From Adineta vaga (Eukaryota > Animalia > Rotifera): a stretch of 64,000 nt of DNA. Below, piece after piece: positions 37,432 through 53,614 of the stretch. The stretch's first letter is position 1. Every line of letters starts with the position of its first letter. The translations under genes and the position numbers were made by a program. The DNA lies in assembly GCA_021613535.1 (NCBI GenBank), contig CP075492.1:16492001-16556000 (forward strand), in the 5' to 3' direction. The notes below the pieces were generated by a model. The model worked only from the letters and a program-made list of their open reading frames with translations, did not search any database and was not told the origin of the DNA.

Positions 37432-38484
37432 TTATTGTGGTATTCGAATGACAACTTTTCCAACATGTTGTTGTGACCATTGATATTCATAAGCACTTTT
37501 AACATCTTCAAATTCAAAAATTTTATCAATAATTGGTTTAATATTATTTGCTTCAATAGCAGCATTCATTGCCTTGAATTGTTCAACACTACCAATGAGA
37601 ACTCCACGAATAAAAGCATTTTTCATTAGTGCATTCATAACCAATTCGGATACAGTCATATCAGATCCATTCCCTTGACCAATAAATCCAATAGCATGAA
37701 TGGAACCATTCATTGCAAGTGCCTCAATCGATTGTTTTAATGTATTCGCCCCACCAACTTCGAGAATATGATCAACACCTCGTCCATCCGTTAATTCTTT
37801 TGCTCGCTTACCCCATTCAGGAACTTCGGAATAATTAATTGTCATGACATTCTTTTCTCCAAGATGTGTTTTAATAGCGTCAATTTTCTTATTGGATGAT
37901 GAAGTTAGAATGACTTTTGCTCCAGCTGCCAATGCAAATTGAGCACCAAAAAGACTTACACCACCAGTACCTTGAACAAGAACAGTTTGACCAGGTTTTA
38001 AGGCTCTATCGGACACTCCATACAAAGCATTCCACGCTGTTAGAGCAGCACATGGTAACGTTGCTGCTTCTTCGTATGAAAGTGAAGTTGGAATTTTAAC
38101 ACAACTAAGAGCTCGAAAATTTCCATATTGCCGAAGACAACCATCAAGTGCACCTCCAAGAGCAGATGAAAGTGCTCCTTCTGAGATTTGTCCTCCAATA
38201 TGATCTTGAGTAAAATTAGGTGAAACACGATCACCAATTTTCAAATGTGTAACACCTTCACCTACAGCTGTAATCTCACCAGCTCCATCAGATGTTGGTA
38301 CAATATTTATTTTCATTGGTAATGGATATAATCCTTTGCTAATGATTAAATCTCGATAGTTAAGAGAACAAGCATGAAATTTGATTTGAATTTCACCTGG
38401 ATTTGGCTGAGGAATCGATGATTTGTGTAACTTAAGGGAATCAAATCCTGAAGTATCGGATAATTTATATTCTTGATTAGCCAT
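37432..38484 (-). CDS. NAD(P)-dependent medium-chain dehydrogenase/reductase (zinc-type alcohol dehydrogenase-like), intronless, microbial type
   Basis: SLNYRD, PTSDGAG, EAATLPCAALTAWNAL, VLVQGTGGVS, GVDHILEVGG, HVGKVVI. Confidence 0.92.
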   Translation of the reverse strand: MANQEYKLSDTSGFDSLKLHKSSIPQPNPGEIQIKFHACSLNYRDLIISKGLYPLPMKINIVPTSDGAGEITAVGEGVTHLKIGDRVSPNFTQDHIGGQISEGALSSALGGALDGCLRQYGNFRALSCVKIPTSLSYEEAATLPCAALTAWNALYGVSDRALKPGQTVLVQGTGGVSLFGAQFALAAGAKVILTSSSNKKIDAIKTHLGEKNVMTINYSEVPEWGKRAKELTDGRGVDHILEVGGANTLKQSIEALAMNGSIHAIGFIGQGNGSDMTVSELVMNALMKNAFIRGVLIGSVEQFKAMNAAIEANNIKPIIDKIFEFEDVKSAYEYQWSQQHVGKVVIRIPQ

Positions 38485-38910
38485 CTTTCAATTGAGATTA
38501 ACGATAAAAACAACGTGTGCTTGTACGTATACGATAAGTTGAATGTTTATTTATCAAAAATGTGTCCTTTATATACCTTTTTTATGGATGACGTTCTTTG
38601 TCGTTCTTGTGTACCTTTAGTATATGAGAGCAAAAAAAATGCATCGTGTATAAAAAAATAAATATAAATTATGCAGCGTCATGCTCCTTCATGTGACGTT
38701 TCTCATTTCAATTAAACGTAAGGTTTTGACAAAAAAAAGTCAATTTTATTACTCCTGTAATGATTCTCATTGTTGTTCTTCATATGCTGTCCATTTACTC
38801 AAATCTTTAATAATTTTCTTAGTATATAGATTTATAAGCCAATGTTTAGCGAAATCTCATAATCATAATAAGCACCGGCTAATTTTTCATAGATAGCTGC
38901 TGTTAAATCA

Positions 38911-38968
38911 TGGTGTGAATGGGGGTGTTATTATTCTCTTCACTCACTCTCACCCACACCCTCAAGAT
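38911..38968. repeat. Telomeric-hexamer palindrome copy
   Basis: TGGTGTGAATGGGGGTG-TTATTATTCTCTT-CACTCACTCTCACCCACACCCTCAAGAT. Confidence 0.82.
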
Positions 38969-39076
38969 GAGCAAACAATTTGAGCAACATTCGAAGAAAG
39001 TTCTCGCTTATAAATTAATAGAACAATCTCTCAGATTTGCTTGTCAATTCAAATAAAATGATTTTAATAAATATTT

Positions 39077-39855
39077 TTATTCTAATCGAATATAATTAGC
39101 AATAACTTCTCCAATTTTAGCACATCCTTTCGCATTAGCATGAATAGGATTTTTTGGATGAAAATAATCATCAGCATAAGGATCAGCTGAATAGATTTCG
39201 TGACCAGCAAAAGCTGTTGTTACAGCTTCAATAAAACCAATACCAGCTTCGGCAGCTGCTTCTTTAATTGTAGTGGAAATATGATGATATATTTTGTGTC
39301 CATTTTCTTCATTGGGAATTTTATTTCCAACACTAATTACATCAGTGTAAGGTATAGCGTAAACTTTAGTTGTTGATGGAACAGATGATCGAATTAATTT
39401 GAATGTAGAAACCCATGTAGGTTTTAAAACCGTAACTTTAGCTGCAACTAGTGCATAATTATTATTGATTATAATTTGATTAAATGCTTCAAGAATACCA
39501 AGATCATTTCCACCGATTGTAACAGTAATATGAGTAGTATTGGGTAAGATAGATTTAGCACTATTCAATTGACCTGCTATAGCATTCATTTTCACACCAT
39601 CTTTAGCAAAATTTCTTACAGCACATCCTAATAGATTAGCTGCAACAGTTGGATATGAAACAGGATAACCGCCAGCTGTACCAGATGCAGCTGCTGAATC
39701 ACCAAGGCCAACTAATAGTTTTGCTGGTACTATACAATGAAAGAAATGTGTGAAATATATACATCCGTTAATTGTGTGTTCTACAAACCTTTTACTTGTT
39801 GATATGTACCAACAATAAGTTGAAAGCAGAGAAAAGCTAAGAAAGGAATTAACAT
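39077..39855 (-). CDS. Secreted SGNH/GDSL hydrolase (exons 39855-39789, 39729-39077)
   Basis: Signal MLIPFLAFLCFQLIVG; block I VGLGDS; block III TIGGND; block V NPIHANAKG. Confidence 0.85.
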
Positions 39856-40769
39856 ATCGATGATAATGATTCGATTAGAATATTGAAAGATATGTTTGGA
39901 GAAATAAAATCATAGTTCCAAATTTGTATATTTATATTGAGAGAAGGTTTTGGTTTTTTATTATCCGTGAGAAAATATTTTTGTAGAATAGAGTGTTATA
40001 AACGCCTTCGTTGTGTATTTTTAACCTTGTAAAATGTGGAGGAAGAAAATCAGGAGAGATATTGTTTTAATATGTCGATGAGAATAATGACAGACTGTCA
40101 TATTTAGTTTCATCTTGATTTTTTCTTCTCATTTACCTTTCCATTTCTTTGACATTTTCTTAGTTTTATATGAGTACATTTGACATTAGCTACAAAATAT
40201 AATAATAGTACATGTTGTTCAATTGAATCGTATGAAATTTCGTCATAACTAATGTTGAATCATTATCCGAAAGAACTGTATGATAAAAAGTCTTGACGAT
40301 GGATGTTGAGTGGAAGCATGATTGGGGGTATATACATGGTTATTGAATGATTAATGTGAGTTTTAGTGGTGTATTTACAAGTGAATCTTATCGACAGGCT
40401 CAGGAACACCCATAATCACACCTTAAACATATACTATAAAATCAAAGTATATGTGAATACTGTCGCTTTAAATTAGAAATAACAATGAAAAAAGTTTTCA
40501 ATGCAAATAGTTTCATCGTTTTGTTGCTAATGATCACCATTGCATGGAATCTTAAAAAGCAAATTAATAAACTCTCTTATGAAAGCGTCTATTCTTATTT
40601 TACTGTTCGTCCAAATCGTGTCTCTGACAATCTTAGTTCTATTGAACCTTATCTTAATGATTGCGATACAATGATTATTGGTATGCATATGAATCTGTCA
40701 AATCTAACTGATACTAGTAATTTTCTGAGGTGAAGGAAAAGTTTTATTATTAGAAATATTAAAATAAAT

Positions 40770-43154
40770 TTATTCACGCACAACCGGCACGATCTGTAGT
40801 AAGGACAACACGAACTGTATTGTTTGTACTAGGAATCCAACAACGAATATTATCTGGTCCACCAGGATCTTGTAGTAAAGTTAGATCAATAGGTTCATCG
40901 AACAAACCTTGAGCAGTGATTATTATTTGATTATTCTAGGCATCATGTACAATAGCTTTGAATCGTTGTTTACTAATACCTGCCCATTTGTTATCTTCCA
41001 TAAGAAGTGCCCATCTTGTGTCATCTTTCAATTCTCATAGCGGTGATATATACCAAACACAAAGATTTAATTCATGGCAACGATCAAATGGAATTGTTAA
41101 AGGATGAGATTCATCAAAATATTTAGGACCTGTATAATCGTCTCTTATGTAAATAATTCCTCGTTTAACACCTATCATCGAAGGATATATTACGTAATCT
41201 TTTTTCATATTCGGTGCGAATATAACATGAAATGTATCATCATCTCTAAAGAGAAAAAACCTTTCAATATTAAATAAAATGAAAAAAAAAGTTACATAGT
41301 TGTTTTTGTCGAATAAACTTCCCCTTGTGAAACACCATCATTTAATGCACAATCCGATAGTAGAGCATTTATCATTGTTATTGGCTGATCAGGTTTTAAA
41401 ATCAAACCAACAGATCGGTAACATTGCATAGTTTTATCATAGTTGACATAATGAATCCCATCACCAGGAGTAACAGGTCCTGTTGACAGAGTCGCTATTG
41501 CTATTTCTCGTCTTGCTTGTACTTCATGAGGAGTTGGTGTATAGTTCGTAGCACCTGTTTGTGATCCCGTAGACCAGAAAACATCTTTAAATGGTGCAAG
41601 ACCAATCGCATCAGCAAACATACTTGATATTCCTATAGTCCATTGTTGTGCTTTACCTTCAAGATGAAAAGCATAATCTGTTGATACTCTCGTTTGCGTC
41701 ACATGTGGAATTCCTAAAGCTGTTAAAACATGTCGAGGTCAACTCATACAATATTGTATTGTTATATTCAATTTTTCCGCCGCATTACCCATATCGATAT
41801 TAACCATTGATGTCCAAGATGCATATCACTATGTAATGGTTGAAAATCTTCTGTTTGTGTCACAAGCCAATCTTGTTCATAAACTAATAAACCTCATTGT
41901 TTACCTTGAGTAAATAAATCAATCCAAAATGAATCGTTTCCGACTGGTAATGCTTTTCCTGTTTTTTCATCGAATACAAACGAATAATTCTGTTTATAAA
42001 CTGTATCATATGACCAATATCGATTATGTGCTACGAAAGGAATATTTTCTGATTTACGATGAAATTCTGGTAAACCATGAGGAAATATATCTGGACGAGC
42101 AATCCATTCCGAAACACCACCATCAATACCTTTATAATACCACCAAGAATCAATTTGTAGATAATGTAAAGGAAGAGATATATTATGAATAACATCGAGC
42201 ATTGTTTGTTCATAATTTGTATTATTTTCTGTATTATAATAATAATAAGCACCATTATCAGTATAATAACCAAGTTTATTTATTGTAAGATCATTAATTC
42301 GATATTGATTTGTACGATTATATGCTTTTTGCATTGTTCGACCCCACAACTTCATACCTTCATTGATACCGTTCGATGAATAGAAAACAATTAATGAATG
42401 ATTATAATTTGGTGTTATTGAAAACATCGAACTCATAACACCATATTCCAATGTATTATTTGTTTGTGTTAATGATGTTGCCATAAATTTAGAAAATAGT
42501 GAAATAACTAACATATCACCTTCACCTCGTTGTGTTTGATTAAAAAGAATAATTGGCCCACCTTCGAAACCTGAATGAACAACTTTACTTGATGAATTCC
42601 AATTTCATGTATGTTTATTATCATCACCTGTCATTACTCCTATATATTATTTCAAAAATAAAACAAAAGAAAGAGATATGATCTGACCTTCAAATGTAAA
42701 ATAAGCTCGTTGATCATTAATATCAATTTGTTCAATATAAAACGATGGAAATATCGTTCGAACTTGATTTTTATCGAGAGGAATTGTGTTTGTCAGTATT
42801 TGATCACCTGTATTCAAATGAAATGTAATCGCTGAAATTTGATCCCATTGACGTATACTAGCAACTATTTTTCTATGTATACCACTATGAATAAGATCAT
42901 AATTCAATTGAGTTTCATTCCAACTACCTAGATATCGATCAGTACCTTGACCGGTAGTTATATTTATTAGGATTAATGATTAATCATCGGATGAATACCA
43001 TCTATTATCCGTATATAAACCTATTCGAGACGAACGAAGCCATTCTTTGTTATTAACAAGAATTGTGTACCCATCCGTTCGATCGATTGATACTTTGATA
43101 TCACTCAAACATCCAATTATCAACGAAATGAATATAAAAAAAATACATTTTCAT
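40770..43154 (-). pseudogene. Disrupted secreted protein with a glycoside-hydrolase-like (GH36/raffinose-synthase-like barrel) core
   Basis: YYTDNGAYYYY, YLQIDSWWY, WIARPDIFPHGL, AHNRYW, GLAPFKDVFWS, LSTGPVTPGD. In-frame stops (e.g. SSDD*SL, Y*QDWL) and frameshifts. Family assignment is tentative. Confidence 0.7.
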
Positions 43155-44311
43155 CTATTCAAAATGAAAAATATAAGTACGTTATATACGCAGTTGTCTG
43201 TAAAGTGATACGCATGTAAACGTCCGTTGTATACTGCTTTGGTGTACTCAAAAAGAGAAGACTTTCATTTTGATCTAGTAACCTAGAATATTTTATTTTC
43301 TTCGTGTTACAAACAAAAGAACAATAAGAGAAATTATTGAGAACGTGGGTAGTATATTTAATCATCAATTTCATCCTCGATACGACTATATTAATTGTTT
43401 CTCAGTAACTATATAGTAAGAAAATAAAAATATAATTGAGATTGAATAAGAGATAAGTATACAGGTGATATAGTTAATTGGGTTTTTTTTGTCTTCTCTA
43501 GGGCATCGATACCTTATATTATTGATTTTGATTTAGTCAAAGCGATTTTCTTCGAAATTTTTATGACAACAACAATTATATGGAGACTAGAGAAATGAAA
43601 CAAGTATTAATTGACTTTTTACATTGAAAGATATGATGTTGTTTTTTGACAAGATTTGAATCCATATATATATATTTCACAATAACAATAATAGAATTTG
43701 TTATTGACGTTGTGAAATTGACTATCAACAGTGAGAGATGAAGATTTGTATTGTTTTTAGACAAAATTTAAAACAAACAATGAAAGGGTGCGACTGTCGG
43801 TTGTAGAGATGGTGGTGAAGATGTCAACTTAGTTTGACGAAACGTCCAATTTTTATACTATTTTCTTCTAAATTTCATCGTTTATATCGATTTTCGAAAT
43901 ATTCTACGCAATACTAAAAATATTTCCGATGTTTTTTTGCTCTTTAATCTTTTAATTATAGTATTTAATGCTTTTGTTGTCTTACTTTCCTTTTTATCAA
44001 ATGATATCATCAATTAATCATAGGGAAAGAGCATCACTAAGACCCTAAAATTAATCGAATAAATCTGAGAATGAAATAGATGAAAAAAGTATAAATGCAA
44101 CAGAAAAATCTAATCGATATTTCATTTTCTTTCTGGGAGCCAATTCTTCAAGCAAGTAAGCATATAAGTTAATTTAACCATACATAATTTGCTAGTCGAT
44201 ACACTCATTCTATACACCTATATAAGAAAGTGAATCTTCTATTTCTATTCTAGCTGATCAAGTGATAACAAATTCGATTATTTATTTTCAATTCAATTCA
44301 ATCTTCCAACA

Positions 44312-46777
<2,466 letters not shown>

Positions 46778-47055
46778 TACAACACCACCAGTTCAATATT
46801 TAGTATATTTTATAACTGATCTTGATCAAGCAAGTTTTTTTATTTCTTTTGTTTCTTGTAAACGTTACCTATAGATTGCAAAAGCTGAGAATAAAAAGAT
46901 CAGTATTTGAACATTTACTTCTCTATTCTATCCTATGTGCATTTTTATCACCACTCTTGTGGAGATTTTCACCAGATAACTAGTATCGTTCATACTTTTA
47001 TGTACTTATATGATGACAAAGGATGCTATTAAATATTTATTCATTTCTTTCTATG

Positions 47056-47106
47056 CTTGAGGGCGTGGATTGAATTCAAGATAACACCCACACTCACCCT
47101 CAAGAT
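47056..47106. repeat. Telomeric-hexamer palindrome copy with both termini intact; overlaps GPCR stop
   Basis: CTTGAGGGCGTGG...CACCCACACTCACCCTCAAGAT. Confidence 0.85.
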
Positions 47107-48259
47107 CTTCGTGATACAAATAATTTCGAAAATGTCATTTGTAATTCTTTCGAAGTGAAAACATAAATAAGAACATCTAAAGCCGAATTGGTATATCCTA
47201 GCCATGAAAATATTTTGAGTAAAAGTTCATGATTACGTTCATTTTTCAAACGAATTGAAAATACTCCACTTAATAATAAATATCCAAAACAAGGTAACCA
47301 ACAAAAAACAAATGTACCCATTATAAGTCCAATAGTTGTCGCCGCTTTTTGATCTTTAGAAAACGTTTTTCGAGAAATATTTGAATGAATATTTTCATTT
47401 TTCATCGTTGGATCTCGATATTTACCATGATGAATACGAACTATTACAAAATCCAATGATAATCGTTGACTTTTAGCACATTTATTTCGATTATGACGTT
47501 TATAACCAGAATGAAGTGCGATTACTTGTTCTCTTGCTGCTACATAAACTTTAATATAAACATAAATCATTATAGTTAATGGTAAATAAAATGAGAATAT
47601 TGACATAAATAAAACATATGATGGATTATCTGGAAATTGACATTCTTTAAGTGATATTATAGATGTTGAAAGTGTTTGGTTCAGTGATTGTTCTAAATAT
47701 AATCCAAAGATTTATTTTGATTATATTAAAATATCCATCTTTACATACGAGAAGTTTCTTGAACTGTTCCAAACAAAGTCACAGCTGGAAATGCAATGAT
47801 CGCCGAACTTATCCATATATTTAATAATACATAAAACCATTTTTTTGATAGAAATACATTTCGATATTCAATTGGTTTTGTAATTACCATATAACGATCT
47901 AATCCAATTGTACATACAGAAAAAATCGATGCTGTACAAGCGAAAATATTCATTGAATGCCAAAAATCACAAAGAAATTTTAAATGTCGTGGAAATAACC
48001 AATATTCATCATAAGTCATTCCAAATATAAATGCAAATGGCATGACGATTAATCCAACTAAAAAATCCGAAAAAGCTAATGATACAATATAATAATATGT
48101 TGATGTATGCAAAGTATTTTCTCGAATAATAACATATATTATTAATAAATTTCCAAATATTGTTAATAACCATAATAATAAGAGAAGAAAACCAATGGGA
48201 TATACTTGCCATTGGATGTCTGTAATAGTTAGATCCGCTGCTAAGGAAAAAAGTTTCAT
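47100..48259 (-). CDS. Biogenic-amine-type GPCR (octopamine/dopamine receptor-like); exons ~48259-47749, 47692-47100
   Basis: GNLLII, SLAFSDFLVGLIVMPF, CTASIFSVCTIGLDRY, FYLPL, KAATTIG, CWLP, WLGYTNS. The intron restores the ECL2 Cys (KECQFP). Confidence 0.85.
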
Positions 48260-49479
48260 ACTTCGTTTTTTTACAATGTTATTTGAAGAAAAAGCCAATC
48301 TAGATGTTAATGCGTTCTTTGATCGAAGAAAAAAAGAACAGATATTATTGTAACAAATGCGCCAAACGTCATTCTAAAAGTAAATAACATGTCTCAAGCA
48401 ATAATAATGAGAAAGAAAAACAAACGCAAAGAACTCATAAGTATATAATAATGCAAAACATTCTATAACTATTGATTGTTAAAATGATATACCGATATTG
48501 TGTTAAGAAGACTGTTTTATCAGTCGGAAAGAGCGAATGATAATCGTTTCTTTTTCCTTTCTGTCAATATTTCATCGTTCTTCTCTTGATTAACTATCTA
48601 TGCAGATATTTTTTTTATGTGAAAGAATGCAAATTGCAATGCCATCTCCTGAGGTCACAACAAGCTAGAAAATCCACATCTTATATTTTGAACAGATTGC
48701 ATAAATAGATCATTGCACTAGAGAATTGTATTTCCAATTTGATTGATTGCTTTATCTCCGATATATTTTTGAGAAGAAATATATAAATGGTTACTTCAGC
48801 TTTAACATCCATGTTTTTATTGTAAAATTTCTATGTAAGATATAAGAATTGAAACTCGTATTCTGTTTTGTTGTTCAACATTCTATTCGACGAGTAACAA
48901 TATTCCAAGACTACATTTTCGACGTTTTAATCAAATATCTTGAGCGATTTCTTTCATATAAACTCTCAATGACAATGAAAGGAACATCTATATAACTCAT
49001 TGTAGGACTATAAAATTTAATTAAAATATTAGATTTGCATTTTTTGACCTTGGAATCATTTGCTTTTCATGGGAGAAGTTCTTCCAAAAGAGTAATAAAT
49101 GAGACGGAAAACGATGAATAAAGTATAGATATATTTTAGTCTAAGTAAGAAAATTTCGATTGACCCTCATCTACACATCAGTAGCTATATGTGTGTTTTC
49201 TCTTTTTCCTCTTATGTTTCGTTTTTCGTTGATCATCATGTTCGCGTTCTTATGATGAGCTGTTGCTATTGCGTCTCTTCTTTTCTTTTCTTCTATTTTT
49301 TCACAGATCATCTCTTTGATCTGTATTTATGTTGTTGTTTTGTCACTTTTCTGCCTGTCCGGTATCGTTTTTATAGTTTTCTAGGCGATAACTTATTGAA
49401 GATTGAAGTCAGTGCATTCATTCCCTAACGAGAGTTTCACAAAGTGACTGTAAAATGGGAAAAAATGTCTTTATTGTTA

Positions 49480-50664
49480 TTAAGATTGATTAACCAAGAT
49501 GATTTTCATCTGTCCAGAAACATCATCAATTGCAACAATTTCATATTCAATTAGCTTTTCTAGAAGCGTCCTATTTCTTGTCAATTGTAATGCATCGAAA
49601 AAATCTTCACCTTTTAAATTTCTTCTTTGTAAATCACAATCTATCTTGATTAAATATTCAATTAAACGATGTCGACAATCGCCTACTTTGAGACAAACAT
49701 AAAGTAATGCATGATTGCAATTTTCATATAATTGATCAATAAGAAATGGGAATGATCGTAATAGTTGTTTTATAAATTTACATAGTTTCCTTTTCAAAAG
49801 AATAAACCAACAGACTTGAACTTGTTAACCATGTTTTGAATTGTATATCATGCAAAAGTGTCTAAAACGATCGTTTTCCCTTCTTACTTTCCATCATGAT
49901 ATTGACAATTTCTTTAGTAATCTTGCTCTGATGAAATAATCTTCGCATTTGTTCACTTTCATTATAAAGCAATCGAATTATATCCAACTGATCATTCATG
50001 AAGTACAATTCTTATTAGTTCCATTTGAGTTATCTGAATAAATATTTTATCAGGAGTAGAAGGTTCAATTAACTTGATCATAGCCGTTATTTTTGAGAAT
50101 GCATTGGATTCGAAATGAGTACTGCTTTGAACAGTTGAATGAGAGGAATGATTAATTGTTTATCATCAGATTGCATGATATTTGCTTTGGCTAATAACCA
50201 TTTATTTCGTGCCATAGCAAAATCGAATTCTTGCTCATCGCTATCATTGCATTGAAGACGAGCTCCATGAGTAAGAACACAAGTTTCAATTTGTTTTATA
50301 TGGATAATTGATTCAGCAGAGAAATATGGATTCCACGCACATTAAAAATCATTTGTATAACATACTTCAATTCATGATCAAGACTACTGATTTTAGTAAT
50401 ATTAAGTTGTGTACGTCTAGCTTGAAATTGTTTCATATTTTATTGAAATTCACGACCCAAACGTTTGTATTTTTCTTCAATATAGAAAGCGATTAATGAC
50501 CGAACACATTGATGAAGTTGTTTATCATCTTGTGTTGCTTTCAAGGATGTCAATTTAATTCTGAATATATTCGAAATATCGAATAAGCGTTGCCAGAATA
50601 TCTTACAATGATCATTAGAATTTCATCAGATAATATTTCGAAAGTAGACATGGTCGACGCCATG
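49480..50664 (-). pseudogene. Disrupted F-box-like N-terminus / ankyrin-like C-terminus gene
   Basis: STFEILSDEILMIIVRY (F-box-like) followed by a stop; frameshifted middle; C-terminal ALLYVCL...LIEYLIKIDCDLQRRNLKG. Confidence 0.5.
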
Positions 50665-51454
50665 TGGTATAGTTTTGTTTTAAAATCTGAAAGAAGAAAA
50701 TATTCCTGTTGAAGAAAAACGTGTTGTTTTTTGTAATCAATATACAGAACATATGAAAAAAAAAGAAAATAAGTCAATAGTTACATAGACCTTGTGCAAT
50801 AACAATAATACAAGAAACACTAAGGAATGTTTTATGAGTGTATCCATAAGTATTCTCAACTTACATCCTCATGGAACACAACACAATTCGATAATATACA
50901 ATATATATGCATACAGCTGAATAGATAAATACTTCCTCTCGTCTCTGACTGCGATTGTTCAATGCAAATTATAGAGTATCAGGGATAAAAAACGGAATGC
51001 AAAGTACAGTGGTTTGTTATGAACGATCTATTACTTATTATAGTTTTGTTTTTGTAGGAAACTTCAAGTGATATGTTTTGGTAAAAAGAATGTTTGAATA
51101 ACAAACGTAGGAGAGAAGAAATCTTGAAAATATCAAAAGATTAGTTCTCTTTTTATTTTACATGTGCCGTTGTATATTTCACTCGCTGATAAACCCATTA
51201 TTCCCTTCTCTGATCGTCAGAGTGAGAAAAAAAGTATTCACAACATTGTTCACTACAAACTGAAGAAGCACTAACATCTAAAAATATCATACGTATTCTA
51301 TATGCTATGAAAAAAAACAACGAATAGGAATAAATGAATGATACATAAAAGATTACACGATTTTATACAAATATAATAGGAAAGAAAAAATTGAAAAGTG
51401 AATAAATCGTATTCAGAATGTTTCAGGCATTTATTTCACTTCAGTATCTACTAA

Positions 51455-53614
51455 TCAACATCCACACCCTTCTCTATATGCTGAACGCGGATCAAGAGAA
51501 GCGATGCATTTGAAAGGAAGTAGTAACTTAAACCAAAGTGTTCCAGATGATTTCAGCAATTGCATTTCTTGAGTATTTTCCGCCTTGTCGATGATACTTT
51601 TGATTTCTGTGAGATAATGATTCTTTTCCGGCCATATACAACGACAAATAGTAAAAGCTTTTTTATAACATGATAAAATTTCTTGAAAATCATTTTGCTG
51701 TTCATAAATTCGACTTTTATTTATCAATAATATTGCAATAGCAACATGCCGTGATGGTAATGATGTTTTATAGACATTACATGCTGATTCATAATGTGTT
51801 AAAGCAATATCATATTGGCCAAGACCATGATAAACTTCACCTATATTATTATACGATGTACCAAAACGAAAATGATCCGATGGAAGATGTCTTTTACGAA
51901 TGTCTAATGCTTTCAAATGATAATCAAGTGCTTCAGAATATTTCTCTTGTGCTCGACAAACGACACCCATATTCGTATAAGTCATAGCACTTGTTAAATC
52001 ATCTTCACCAAATGCTTTATGAAATATATCCAATGCTTTTTTATACAATTCAAATGCTTGTTCTAATTTACCATTGATGAAATATACTCGAGCAATAGCG
52101 TTGATGGTATCAGCAATACTTGGATCCGATGGTTTTAAAGTTTTTGTTCGAATAGATAGAGATTTATCAAAAAGATGAAGAGCACCTTCATTTCGACCAT
52201 TTTCAGTTGCGATTAATCCTAATAAATAATAACAGTAAGGTTTCCAAGTTTGATCATTCGATGGTAATAATTGTAAACATCGATTATAATAGCTATTCGC
52301 TTGTTCAAATTGTCCCATATCATGTAAAACATTTCCAAATGCTAGTAAATCAAAATCACATCGACTCGCTTCTTTTCTTAAAAACTGAAAAATCGATTTT
52401 AAAACTTGATCATGATCACTACATAAATTCAATTGAACAATCCATGTATTTGTTTCATCACAATAAACATCTTCGATAAGAAAAACTGAACCTAACATAA
52501 ATAAAATTTCTCCTTCTTGAGGAAATTCACTGTAAAATGTTATATCTGCAAATGGTTTAATACCATCAACGAAAGGATTAAAATCAATTTTAAATAAAAC
52601 TTTTTCAAAATCTGGTATATCTCCAAGATAAATCGATGCTACTTCACGATATAATGTTGTTGATAAAAATGAATTAATTGAAATTAATTTTCCAACAGAT
52701 TGTTGAAGTTTTTGAAGTTCCAATTTCGATAATGATTGACCTCGATAAACAGATCCAGGTAATAACCATTGATTTTCTTTTAATTGTTGTGCAAGATCAC
52801 GAATAAAGAAACGAAAGAGAAATAACATATCAATATGTTGTACACGAAGTGCTTTGTTTAACATACGATAAACAAAGGAATCTCTAGTATACCACCATAA
52901 CGAATTCTCCATTGAATAATCACTTACAAATTCATCTAAAATTTTTAAATATCTTGTATCTTTTTCACATTCTTTATGTTTTCGACAAAATGATGCAAAT
53001 TGTTCAATTTCTTTCGAAGTAGATTTCATTCGTTGAAGACAATCGATTAATAATTGAGAATGTACAAATTGTCCATCTAATTCAGCAGTTGATTTATCTT
53101 CATCAAGTTCATTATTAAATATACTAAATGTAAATTGTTCATCAGCTTCTTCTCCTGTTCGTCGACGTTCTCGTCTATCATTATGTCTTCGATCTGAAGC
53201 AATTAATTGTCTTATATGTGTACGAAAACCTCGAAACTAAGAAAGAAAAGAAAAAGAGTTTCATGAGATCTTCAATATATTTAGAATTACTTTTGAAAAT
53301 TGTTTGAATTTTGATTGATTTATTTGTCTATTAGTTGTATAAACATAAATGGCACATAATTGTTGAAGATCATGAATTTGAAATATAATTTGTTCAGCTA
53401 ATAGATCATCAACAATGAAAATAATTCGATCTTTCGATGAAACAGAACGGATGAATTCTTCACATTCAATACGATTTGTATATGTTTTTATATAATTAAT
53501 CGATGATCGAAATTGTTCTCTAGTATCAGCCATTAAGTGGGAAAGATCAACTGAATTCGATAACCAAATTTGCCATATTGTATCAAGATTCGTTTCATCA
53601 GACGTTGATTGCAT
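51455..53614 (-). CDS. ADP-ribosyltransferase-TPR protein with N-terminal receiver-like domain (exons 53614-53291, 53236-51455)
   Basis: WWYTRDSFVYRMLNKALR, VYRGQ, FLSTT, QEGEILF (R-S-ExE); about six TPRs (TYTNMGVV, SYNNIGEVY). A 54-bp intron joins the frames. Confidence 0.9.

Noticed and set aside
37432-38484. MDR as trans-acting enoyl reductase of the PKS
   Set aside because: It lies 20 kb away with unrelated genes between, the PKS has its own ER with an intact-looking nucleotide-binding motif, and nothing in the sequence links them.
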